Both the position numbers and the translations under genes were made by a program. A stretch of DNA of 64,000 nucleotides from Candidatus Omnitrophota bacterium. GTDB lineage: Bacteria; Omnitrophota; Gorgyraeia; Tantalellales; Tantalellaceae. Shown in pieces: positions 38,696 through 49,600 of the stretch (positions within the stretch are counted from its first letter, which is position 1; every line of letters begins with the position of its first letter). The stretch covers positions 107 to 64,106 of the forward strand of contig JADHWG010000002.1 of assembly GCA_016783605.1 (NCBI GenBank), read 5' to 3'. Under the pieces are notes generated by a model. The model made no database searches, was not told the DNA's origin, and saw only the letters and a list, made by a program, of their open reading frames with translations.

Positions 38696-39478
38696 ATGAC
38701 CAGATATTTTGTGAAGATGTTTGTGGCGGTTTTTTTCTGCAGTATCTTGTCTAACAGTACCGCTTTTTCTGAAGACGCATCTCTTTCACGTTCAGAGAAC
38801 TATACCCCGCGAATGCCGATAAAGATCCTAAAGAAAATAACTTTACCGAAAGGATATCATGAAGGGATCACTTTACATGAAAACCGTGTTTGGGTGAGTA
38901 ACGGAAAAGGAAAAAATACGTGGGTAATTGATCCGGAAACCGGGGAAGTGGAGTCCGAAATAAAGTCTGCCGGCAGGTTTACCGAAGCTATCGCACTGGC
39001 GCCGGACGGACTTTTTTGGATCACGGATTGGGACGATAAAAAAATATATCGAGCGAATTTTAAAAATGATGAATGGGAAATAGTGTCACAGATTCCAATT
39101 CAAGACGCAAGACCGACCGGAATTGTGCGTGCGAATGGAGAGATGTATGTAATAACCTGGGAGAGAGGGCTCGGAACCAAATATTACATCTCAAAATTCG
39201 ATAAAGAAGGAAATATTTCCGAACGCGTGCGGATAAAAAGAATACACGAGCCGGCGCATATTGCGTCTGACGGTAAATATTTTTGGATCACCAGCTGGTA
39301 TAGCGGGATCGTTTATAAGATCAATCTCGATTCACGTGAAGTGGAAGGTTCTTTTAAGTCTCCGGCGGCGTCGCCCACGGGGATAGCGTCCGACGGTAAA
39401 TATTTATGGATCACCGGAACAAGCGCGGATTTATATAAAGTGGACATTAGCGGCGGGGAAAGCGCGACGCAGAAATAG
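38696..39478 (+). CDS. Secreted beta-propeller protein (glutaminyl cyclase/YncE-like)
   Basis: Signal peptide; repeated blades DGKYFWIT / DGKYLWIT. Confidence 0.65.
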   Translation: MTRYFVKMFVAVFFCSILSNSTAFSEDASLSRSENYTPRMPIKILKKITLPKGYHEGITLHENRVWVSNGKGKNTWVIDPETGEVESEIKSAGRFTEAIALAPDGLFWITDWDDKKIYRANFKNDEWEIVSQIPIQDARPTGIVRANGEMYVITWERGLGTKYYISKFDKEGNISERVRIKRIHEPAHIASDGKYFWITSWYSGIVYKINLDSREVEGSFKSPAASPTGIASDGKYLWITGTSADLYKVDISGGESATQK

Positions 39479-39603
39479 ATTGAAAGAAAAGACTATCGGG
39501 GGGAGCAAAATGGAAACTCCCCCTTTGTTTTGCCCTTTCATTTGAAGAATGGTTAAGGATTGATTGACGAAAAATAAAATAGACTTATTCAAGCTTAGGA
39601 AAG

Positions 39604-39987
39604 GTGTCAAAAAGTATGCAAGTGAATAGCTATGAAAAGATAGTGATCATTATCCTGATGATGACGCTACTTGCGGGGTCAATAATTTTGCTGATAAAGG
39701 ACCGTACGCCTTGTAAAGAGATTGTTGTTGTGAAAGGCGCCGTTAAAAAAAGGTTAACGCTCAGCGATGTAGAAAAGCTTCATATGGAAGGGCGGAAAAT
39801 AAATATTAATAAGGCTTCGGCAAGTGAACTTGTTTGCATTCCGTTGGTGGGGAAAGTTCTTGCTTCCAGAATTATAGAACACAGAGATCTCCGAGGCGGC
39901 TTTTACGATAAAAAAGAACTTTTAGGAATAAGCGGTATCGGTGAGAAAAAATTAAAGAAAATCGAAGGATACATAAGCATAAATTAA
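39604..39987 (+). CDS. comEA: ComEA helix-hairpin-helix DNA-binding protein
   Basis: KININKAS..EL..IPLVG..LA.RII...ISGIGEK. Confidence 0.9.
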   Translation: MSKSMQVNSYEKIVIIILMMTLLAGSIILLIKDRTPCKEIVVVKGAVKKRLTLSDVEKLHMEGRKININKASASELVCIPLVGKVLASRIIEHRDLRGGFYDKKELLGISGIGEKKLKKIEGYISIN

Positions 39988-39999
39988 AGGTTGGAAAAC

Positions 40000-40167
40000 C
40001 GCTGTTCCACCTACGAGGTGGAATAGCTTGAAGTTTCATGTTTCATGTTACACGTCGCACGTTTTCCCGCCGGAGGCGGGTTCCTCCTTCGGCGGAAACG
40101 CTGTAACCTGTGACCTGTGACTTGTGACTTGTACCTTGAAGACCGCTGTTCCACCTACGAGGTGGAA
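40000..40167. repeat. Heptamer-flanked GC hairpin element bracketed by two CCGCTGTTCCACCTACGAGGTGGAA copies
   Basis: Direct repeats at about 39999 and 40143. Confidence 0.75.
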
Positions 40168-40210
40168 TGATGGTTTTGGTGTGGGGTGATTGGGGAAAGT
40201 GGGGGTGGGA

Positions 40211-42640
40211 ATGAGGCGTCCTCTTGCGGGGCCGGTGGCGGTTTTTGTTAGCGGGATCTTAGCCGCTGGAATTATTTCTAAAGCGCACGCGTGGGAATTT
40301 ATTGTTGCGATTGGGATCTTGTTATTTTGCGCGATATTTTTTTCAGCGGTTTTTTTAAAAAAGAATAAGATCTTTTTTATTTTGGTGTATGTTTTCTTTT
40401 TTCTTCTAGGGATCTTTAGTGTTTTACGGATATTTCCGGAGAAAGATGATATTGGTGAATTTGTTTCCGTTTTACCGGCGCGGGCTGTGATCTTTGGAAC
40501 GGTTTCAGGCATATGCGAAGACAAAAACGTCGCGTACGACCGATATTCTGTTTTTTCGCTAAAGGTAAAAAAACTTCTTAAGTGTACCGGAGAACATGAT
40601 GTGAGCGGGTTCGTGCGGGTTAGGATGTTTGATCCCGTGAGGAAAGTTTATCCCGGGGAAAGTCTCGCGATAGGAGGCGAAATATTCGCGCCCGAAGAAG
40701 TGAAAAATCGCGGAGTGTTTGATTATAAAAAACATTTGGGGCGTCGTCGAATAGGCGCTCTTATGTCAAACTCGCCAAGAGATGTTTTTCTGAAAACATA
40801 CGCGAAAAAAACAGGTATGTTTTTGTTTCATAAACGATTGATGGATGTAAGGCTTTCCGCCGTAGAAATTTTTGAAAAGCGTTTAATAAATCCAGCTAGC
40901 GCGATCGTTAAATCCGCAATATTGGGCGCGCGCGGGGATCTGACTAAAAAAGTTCGGGATGTTTTTTTAAAAACCGGAACAATGCATATTTTGGCCGTGA
41001 GCGGTCTTCACGTTGGGATCATTGCGGTGATTTTAGCCATGATTTTGCGAATAACCCGGTGTCCCAAAAAAATAACGTTTTTTTTAACGATTTGCGCAAT
41101 ATGCGTTTTTGCCGTGTTTACCGGAGCTCGACCGTCGACACTCCGCGCGGTCATAATGGCTTCATTTATTCTAATAAATCTTGCGATCGGGAAAAATTCG
41201 GATATTGTGAACGGTTTGATACTTTCGGCGTTCGTGATACTTTTTTTTCGTCCAGAAGAGATCTATAATTTGGGATTCGTTTTATCCTACTTGTCCATTT
41301 TTAGCATTGTTTATGTTATGCCGCTCGTTAAAGCATTTTTTGAAAATGAGCCGAGAGTGCCGGATGAAGGTAAAATTGGTTTTATAAAAAGATATTTTCT
41401 AATATCGTTAGCGACATCTTTTTCCGTTTGGATCGGTCTGATGCCGATAATTTCCTTAAATTTCGGAATGATAACGCCAACGGTAGTTATATCAAATTTA
41501 ATCGCGGTGCCGATACTTTTTGTGGTTATTATATTGGGAGCGTGTATTATCGCGGCGGAAGTTTTCGTCGTCTTTATCCCGGTTGGTATCCTTATCTCGC
41601 AGATCACCAACGGAGTGATCCGTTTTTTTATAAAAATAATGACGATGATTTCAGAGATGCCGTTGGCTTTCGTTAAAGTTGGTCCGCCAAGCGGTGTTTT
41701 GATAGGCGCGTTTTACGCGGGGCTGATATTTACGATAATTTTTTTCAATCGGAAGAAACGAAAAATAATATTCATTATTTTTCTGCTTTTCACCGTGAAT
41801 TTATTTATTTGGCAGGAAATATTGAACGCAACGGGTGCGGGTGCGTTTAAATGCACGTTTTTTAGCGTGGGAAAAGCGGACGCGGCATTATTTGAATTTC
41901 CAAACTCCGGGGTCATGATGATCGACGGCGGCCGCGGCGGAAGTATAACCGGATTGGATGCCGGAGCCAATATAGTGGCGCCATATTTGCGCGGAAAAGG
42001 TAAGAGAAAGATAGATTGTGTTTTAGTTTCTCACGCGCATGAGGACCACGTCGGCGGCCTCTCATTTTTAGTGGAAAATTTTGAGACGGGATGTGTTATT
42101 ATGAGCGAATTTTTGCTAAAAGATGACATTAAACATGGGTATTACAAACGGTTTTTACGAATTGTGGAAGAAAAGGGGATAAGGAAGATGTCGATACAAA
42201 GCGGTGACGTGATAAAAGGTTTTTCTGATGCGGGAATCGAAGTATTGAATCCTTCCGAAGATCATATTGATCTGAATGACAGATCTATTGTTCTAAATGT
42301 AAAAACAAAAAACGGAAACAGTATTTTATTTTGCGCGGATATCAGTACAAAAATTACAAATGAAATATTGGCGAATTATCCGGAGCTAAAAGCGGACATA
42401 ATAAAATTTCCGCATCACGGAAGCGGATTTGGTAATATTGCGGATATGGAAAAATTTTTGGATTCGATAGGCCCTAAAGCGGTTATTATCACCAACAAAA
42501 CTTGCGGGGTAAATAAAGAGCTGATGGAAATTCTAAAGCAAAAACAAATAGAGTTATATATCACCGGTGATTCGGGAGCGGTTACTGTAGTGGAAAATGG
42601 TGCTGACTTTAAAATCCGCACTTTTTGCGAGTTGGAGTAA
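40211..42640 (+). CDS. comEC: DNA uptake channel ComEC/Rec2
   Basis: GTMHILAVSGLHVG, RAVIM; MBL domain SHAHEDHVGG, PHHGS. Confidence 0.93.
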   Translation: MRRPLAGPVAVFVSGILAAGIISKAHAWEFIVAIGILLFCAIFFSAVFLKKNKIFFILVYVFFFLLGIFSVLRIFPEKDDIGEFVSVLPARAVIFGTVSGICEDKNVAYDRYSVFSLKVKKLLKCTGEHDVSGFVRVRMFDPVRKVYPGESLAIGGEIFAPEEVKNRGVFDYKKHLGRRRIGALMSNSPRDVFLKTYAKKTGMFLFHKRLMDVRLSAVEIFEKRLINPASAIVKSAILGARGDLTKKVRDVFLKTGTMHILAVSGLHVGIIAVILAMILRITRCPKKITFFLTICAICVFAVFTGARPSTLRAVIMASFILINLAIGKNSDIVNGLILSAFVILFFRPEEIYNLGFVLSYLSIFSIVYVMPLVKAFFENEPRVPDEGKIGFIKRYFLISLATSFSVWIGLMPIISLNFGMITPTVVISNLIAVPILFVVIILGACIIAAEVFVVFIPVGILISQITNGVIRFFIKIMTMISEMPLAFVKVGPPSGVLIGAFYAGLIFTIIFFNRKKRKIIFIIFLLFTVNLFIWQEILNATGAGAFKCTFFSVGKADAALFEFPNSGVMMIDGGRGGSITGLDAGANIVAPYLRGKGKRKIDCVLVSHAHEDHVGGLSFLVENFETGCVIMSEFLLKDDIKHGYYKRFLRIVEEKGIRKMSIQSGDVIKGFSDAGIEVLNPSEDHIDLNDRSIVLNVKTKNGNSILFCADISTKITNEILANYPELKADIIKFPHHGSGFGNIADMEKFLDSIGPKAVIITNKTCGVNKELMEILKQKQIELYITGDSGAVTVVENGADFKIRTFCELE

Positions 42641-42707
42641 TGAATAAAATAGTAAAGGAGACAGCAAAAATGAAAGAAAAACATAAAAAGAGAAAAAAGA
42701 GGATATT

Positions 42708-42872
42708 ATGAAAAAACAGAATAAGAATAAAAAAATAACCGCTGAAGAATTCGATAAAAAGTTTGATGTGGGAGAAGATATGTGGGATTTTTTGGATGTC
42801 TCTAAGGCGAAAGTTCATCGAAAAATTCGCAGAGTAAATATCGATTTTCCTGAAAAACTGGAACATGCGTAG
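42708..42872 (+). pseudogene. Truncated BrnA/CopG-type antitoxin
   Basis: Manual translation ..ITAEEFDKKFDVGEDMWDFLDVSKA..RRVNIDFPEKLEHA*; stops before the RHH helices; no intact toxin upstream. Confidence 0.6.
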
Positions 42873-43007
42873 TCTCTCCGAGATGATGTGGTAATACCAA
42901 TCATATTAATTGATTACACATCCTATTCGGGCACATGCAATGTGCCCCTACAATTTGTTTTGTGCCGCCAACAGAATTGATTGTTTCACGCAAACAACCT
43001 TCGTAAG

Positions 43008-43240
43008 TGTATATTGTCACAATTCAGTTTGAAATACGTAGGGGCACGGCATGCCGTGCCCTTATTATAAAATCAATAGTTGATTTTGAATGCAGTAGGA
43101 CGCTGTCGAAAAACACACTTTTCTGTCATCCTCGCGCTTGTCCGGCAAAGCCGGACAAGCGCGAGGATGAAATTTTGGGAATATTTTGCGACAACACCAA
43201 TGGGGAGTGTATATCGTTACCTGAATTGTGACAATATACA
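43008..43240. mobile_element. MITE-like unit with perfect 20-bp terminal inverted repeats, containing a nested REP and a family A element
   Basis: TGTATATTGTCACAATTCAG (43008-43027) / CTGAATTGTGACAATATACA (43221-43240). Confidence 0.65.
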
Positions 43241-43529
43241 AGGGGCGAACCCATGTGTCCGCCCGCCTTGCTATCCCGGTCTTGCCTGTCCTGCCTGTCT
43301 CGAGCGAAGTCGAGAGGAGCCTGTCGAAGAGGGGGTGGCAGGATCTCTGCTCCTTTTTAGATAATTATTTTTTGTAATATAACCTACGAGGTTGGTGAAG
43401 GTGAATAGAGCGTTTTACGTATTTTTTCTTCAGCGTAAGTCGTATCTTGTTTAAATTTAAGGAGTTAGAGGCATAGAAAAAGGAAAATTCCCCACATTCA
43501 ACGTTAAGCCAAAAAATAGCAAGATGCGA

Positions 43530-43558
43530 TTGACATTTTTCTTTTATTATGCTATAGT
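43530..43558 (+). promoter_or_regulatory. Putative sigma70 promoter of giant gene 2
   Basis: TTGACA-17 bp-TATAGT with extended -10 TG. Confidence 0.65.
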
Positions 43559-43635
43559 ACGGGATGCTGTTAATTAACGAAAAAGGCTGTTGGCGTTTCA
43601 TAGATAATTTTATTATAACTGGCGGGATGTAACTT

Positions 43636-46600
43636 ATGGGGAAAGAAAAAAGTTTATACATATTTACTGATGTTCGGCTCAAGAAAAGGCGAATCATTCG
43701 GGTTATTGCTTTTTTGGTAGCCTCGCTTTATCTGTTTCAGCAGATCGCGTGGGCACAAGGGGGAGCGCCTCGAGCGTCTTCGATCTCAAGACCTGTTTCC
43801 GGAACGGAAGGTGTTTCCCGCGGGGAATTGCCGAAAGTTCCTTATAAATTCGGAAAGACGCATGAATTTTCGGTGAATACGAACGAGACCGGTGAAATTA
43901 TATATCACATTCAGGATTCCCACGCTTCGCTCGGCGCGCAGTATTCGATCGTTGAGCTTCTTGATTCTCTCGCGACTGATTATAACGTGAATCTTATTGC
44001 TCTTGAAGGCGCCGAAGGATATATCGATACTTCCGTTCTCCAATCGTTTCCCGATAAAGAAATTAGGCGAGACGCGGCAGACCGCCTCATGAAAAAGGGA
44101 CTTATGGGCGCGGCTGAATTTTTTACCGTAACGCGGGATGAAAAAGAGATCGATCTTTATGGAATAGAAGACGAAGAGTTATACAGGAAAAACGTTAACG
44201 AATTCCGCGAAGTTGTTGAAGAGCGTTCCGTAAAAATCGCGAATATCGACGCGTTTCTCACGCAACTAAAACTTCTGGAAAAAGAAATTTGTTCGGAACG
44301 CCTTTTGCGTTTAAACCGCTATTCTTTTCTGCATAGAAATTGCGAATTAAGTTTTTCAAATTACCGGAAGGAGCTTTTGGAGTTTACGGATCGCTTTAAA
44401 ATAGATGAGGGGTCGGGGAATTTTTCTCCGAACCCTCATCCTGAGCAAGGCGAAGGATCTCTGGTTAATTTTTCAAAAGGGTCTATAGAGATCCTTCAGC
44501 CCTTTGGACTTCAGGATGAGGAGTCGGGAAACTCCCCGACCCCTCAAATAGATACCGGTAAATATTCGGAACTCGCAAAACTTACTGAAGCGATCAGCCT
44601 TGAAAAAAGTATAGATTTTCAAAAGGCCAATACCGAGCGGCGCGCGCTTATTGACAAACTAAGCGAGCTTTTAGATAAAGCGGCGCTTAAAGAACTTGTT
44701 ATTAAGTCCGTTGATTTTCAGCAAAACATGATATCCCCGTCGGAGTTTCATGAATATCTTGTGGGGATGTCTAAAAGCCGCAAAATCCCGCCGGAAACCT
44801 ATCCCAATCTCAATATGTTCGCGCGTTATATTTCCGTTTATGAAAAGGTTAATCTGTTTTATCTCACAAAAGAATGCGAATTTTTGGAAAAGGAGATCCG
44901 AGAGAAGCTTTATCGGAACGAAGACGAAAGAAAGCTTGTTGAAATTACGCAAATGACGCGTATGCTCCGGCGTTTATATAGCATGGAACTTACCCCCGGC
45001 GATCACAGTTTTATAAAAACGGAACGCGCGAGGCGATCCGCGGAAGAGTTTACTTTGTTTATAAAAGAGGCGTGCAAAAAATACGGCGTTATCTTTGAAG
45101 AAGGATACGATATCCCGGAAATGTTTGCCGGCATAGAACCGGCTATGACGTTTTATGAAACGGCAGAGAAGAGAAACCAGCATATACTCAAGAATACCGT
45201 TACGCGGATGAAGAAAAGCGGCGCGCGCGCCGCCGCGCTTGTCACGGGCGGATATCATACGGAAGGCCTTACAAAAATAATGAAAGAGAAAAAACTTTCA
45301 TACCTTGTCATCGCCCCCAAATTTGAAAGCGGCGAAGAACGTCCGTATATCGCGGTCTTGACCGGCAAGAAGAAACCTTACCAGAAACTTCTAAAAACCG
45401 GAAAATATCAGCTTGCGATGGAACCCTTCTTTTATCGATCGAATATGGAAGAGATGAAAGAAGACCTTTTTTACGCGCTTGGTCGAGTGGTGCTGAAAGG
45501 CGAGGATCTAAAAAAAGTTAAAGACGCGCTATACAACAATCACAAAATAGAATATGAAAAAAGAATTTCTCAAAAAGAAAAAGAAACAAAGTTTGACGTG
45601 ATCACGCCAACTGAACTCAAAGCCTTTTTGGACAATATACACGTTATAAGAAGCGGCACGAGCGCTGTTATCGGAGACAAAACGGATAAAAATTCAATTA
45701 TTGTACTCGCGCGAAAAAATAGTGTTTACAATTTCAAAACGGCGACGCCCTCGCAAAAGAGAAAGTTACTGAACCGCATCTCCGAAGGCAAAATGCCGGA
45801 AGAAATGGAGGGAATAGGAACTAATATAACCGATTTTGTTCATGACCGAAGCCAAATTCTAACAAAACTCGATAAGTCCACTCCCGCGATTGTTCAGAAG
45901 ATACTGGCAAACCTTACCGAAGGAAAAATAGACGAAAATGAGATTAAGGAACAAGCAGTAATCCTTTTAAAACGTAAAGGAATGCCTTCCGATTGGCAAA
46001 GCGATATCGGTCTCAAAAAGAGGGTAAACAGGGTGATAGCTTTGGTGCGCCAGGGTTTTGCCGCAAAAAAGACTGAAAAAGAAAAGAAAAAGTTCGGCGA
46101 GTGGAAAAAAGCTATAGATGTTGAAAAATATTGGGAAAATTTAAAAAACGTTCTTGGTGAAGTACCGGAAGAGGTGTTGGTTAACGGGATCGATTTTGAA
46201 TTCGCGAATTTTGTTGATCATATGTGGAGCTTTATCCAACAAATAATTGACAGTGAAAAATTTAAACGCGAAATAATTCAATGCTATAACCAAAAAAATG
46301 CTGACGCTGACAAAAACTACCAAGATATAATACAAAGACTGAAATCTCTCCGTTCGCAAATATTTTCTAATCAAACTTTTAATATATTGGGTGATGATGT
46401 TTCTCCAGAAATCCGCAAACACTGGAATTACATATTAAGCGAATATGTCGGGTGCCGGTGGTTTTCGGATATTACCGAAAAGCATGCCGAAATTTTCGAG
46501 GATACTCTCCACGAAAAAATTACATCTCAAAACAAATCGGAAATTGAGAAATATACGAAGCATTTTAGAAAAAACTTGCCCTTCAAAAGTAAAAAGAAGG

Positions 46601-49600
46601 TCCCCCTTCGCATCTTCATGAAATATCTGTATATCAAAATTTTAGAAGCCACAAAGTACTGGGAAAACGAAGTAGATGTTTATATAGAGTCAAAAGAGGA
46701 AACCTGTAATAACGGTGTAAAATATTTTATAAACAACATTGATATGAAAAATCTGGAAAAAGATCGTGTGAAAAAGGGAGAGAAAGACATTTGTGTCGTA
46801 TTAAAAGAAATGATGGATATACTTCTCGTGGGGAATTTGTATAGTGATTTTGCCAATCCAACGAAAGAAAAAAAGCGCGAAAAATATCCGGTTGATGATT
46901 CAGCAGAAACCTTAGATCATTTTTTCAAACTGAGAGAACAAACAAGGCGTGGAAAAGATACGGAACTGCACGTGCTTCACGATAATGTGGGGCTTGAACT
47001 GGTATCAATCTTTCATCTTATAGATTTTTGTATAAAAAATGAAATTGTGAAAAAAGTGGTGCTTCATACAAAAAATTATCCATATGCTATTTCAGATGTT
47101 GTGGGAGAAAAAGATATAAGGATGCAAATTAACGCGCTTCAAAACGCGTCAGAACTTTCAGATATAGCATTTGAGAAAACCGGAAATATTAAATATATGG
47201 AACAACTTTCAGACGATATTACTGGGCATCTAAAAAATCAAAATATTGTAATTGCTAAACCTCATTGGTTTCCGACACTCGGTCAAAACTTTCTGGACAT
47301 TCCTGAAGACTATTATAACGAACTTAAAAAAGCAGATCTTATTTTGGCAATGGGCGATGGCTGGTATAGCAAACTCTTTCTTACCCGCAACTGGAAGTAT
47401 ACAGCAGACGCAAAAGAAATCTTAAGCTATATGCCCGCTCCTACCGTCATCTTTCGTATAGGCAAAAACCCCATAATCGCGGGATTAACAGCCAAAATGG
47501 CCGAATATCTAAAAAAGATCGGCAAATGGTGGAAACCGCCAAGATTCGGCATGATACATTTCGCGCGAGGAGGGAAATACGCGCGTAAAAAAGCTTATAA
47601 CGAATACGAAACACATGAGGAGGCCATTGACGAACAGCTTGAGATCGCTTATGCCGAAGGCAGATTTAAGGCGGTAAGCGACGAAATCGTAGCGCCCGTC
47701 GCAGAATTTTTCAAAACGTCAGGTTATGAAAAAATATCGAAGAAACTAACTAAAGATCCAAACACAGCTACGCGCCAGATAGCGATTAACGAGGTTACCG
47801 GCATAGAGGATTTTAGGGGACACGCGAGTTGGCGGGGTATACACATAAGCGCGGAACTTGATGATGAAGAAAAACAAAAAGTGCTCGTTCACGAGGTCGG
47901 TGCATATTATCGACTTACGCATGGACTTAACCTGGATTTAGAAGCGTTATATTTGGACTATCTTAAGAAGAAAGAAATAGACAAAAAAACCGCACGCGAA
48001 AAATTTAAAAAACTGAAAGAGATGAAAGAGCTTCCTGAAGGTTTTTCGCCTGAGAGGGATTATTCTGGTGAGCCTCTTCGCGTTATTGAGGGTAACGCGA
48101 AAAAAGCAACTTTCTTTCATATTATTGGGCGAAAAATAAAGAGAATTGTTTTTCGTGTTATCGGACGGAAAGAAAAGACGTGTTCACTTTACGTTATTGA
48201 AGGGAAGGCAAAAATGGAAAGAGATCCCGGATATTTTCCTTCGGAAAATTCCGGGATGACAAGTGTTGAGTTGTCGAGAAATTCCAGGATGACAAAAGAG
48301 CGAACTTCACAAAATTCCGGCCAACGCGCTGTCATCCCGGTCGAAGAGCCGGGATCTATTTTTAGAAACTATAAAAAATTATTTAAACTCCTTTCGATTT
48401 TTACTTTTATATTAGGATTGATTATCGTACCTGCGATAAAATTGACTCATTTTATGACGCCATCTAAGAACGCGCCGCCTTTTGAATACAGAATTAAAGA
48501 ATCTGTAAAACCTGTAACAGATTTTCTTGTAAAAGGGCTCAGCGCGCACGGGCCCACGGATATCATAAAAATTGAACCGCAAGGGACTTTTTCCATTGAA
48601 CACGGCGTTGAAATAACAGCGTATAACGCACTTTATGATGTGCCGTCAAATGCGTTTGTTTCGGATTATTACCTTATGTTTGTCTTTAAAGAGGGGGTTT
48701 CTCCGGGAACGCGTCTGCAAATTTTTCTTAAGAATCGAGAATGGAAGAACCTATACGCATATCCGGGTTCGCCTACCGGAGGCAAAGTTATATTTCGTCC
48801 GGGAATAGATCCCTGCAACGTATGTCAATTTAAACCGGAAGAGACGCCATATGGTGATATCTCCGCTATCGGAGTTAAGGTTTGGGACGGCTCATCGGGT
48901 AACGCGCTTAGCAACTTAAAAAAAGTTTATGTAGTCAAAAATGGTATTAAACCGGAAGATGTGCTTAGGGAGAAAAAAACGCCTCTATCACAAGAGAAAA
49001 AAGAATCTCAAAAAACACCGGTGCCGCAATTTGTAAAAACACCGCAAGAAAAACTGCCCGCACCACCGGTGGCGATACCGCAGGAGAAATCGAAGAAACA
49101 AAAATCATCTGATCCTGACGCGATAGTGGTTCCTTTAGACATTCCGGGCACATGGTACGGTCAGAAATGGCCTGACAGCCAGGCGATATCCAATGTGCGT
49201 TATGACCCAAAAAGAAAAGCTTTGGTAGGAGATTTTAATATCATACAGGGCCATCCGAATCTGGATAGAGGGGAAGTAATAGTTGATGTGCTTGACCTCG
49301 GGATATCCCCTTTCAATTTTGATAAATGGGAACTTACAGCTGATGTTAAAGTTGACGTAAAAGAAGGCAGTTTCGGACATACGCCGAATAATGCTGATGG
49401 CGTGGGATTTTTTGTAAAAACCGGACCCGCGCAAGGCTGGAAGAATGCCTATGAATGGGAAAATCATCCGGAAAACGAGGTCGGCGATTGGAAAACAATA
49501 TCGTTTAGCCGCGGAGAATTTAATAAGATAGACAGAGTTGATCCTCAGGACGGGTTCCCTCTAAAAGATCCGATAATCAGGATGTTTGGGATTAAACTGG

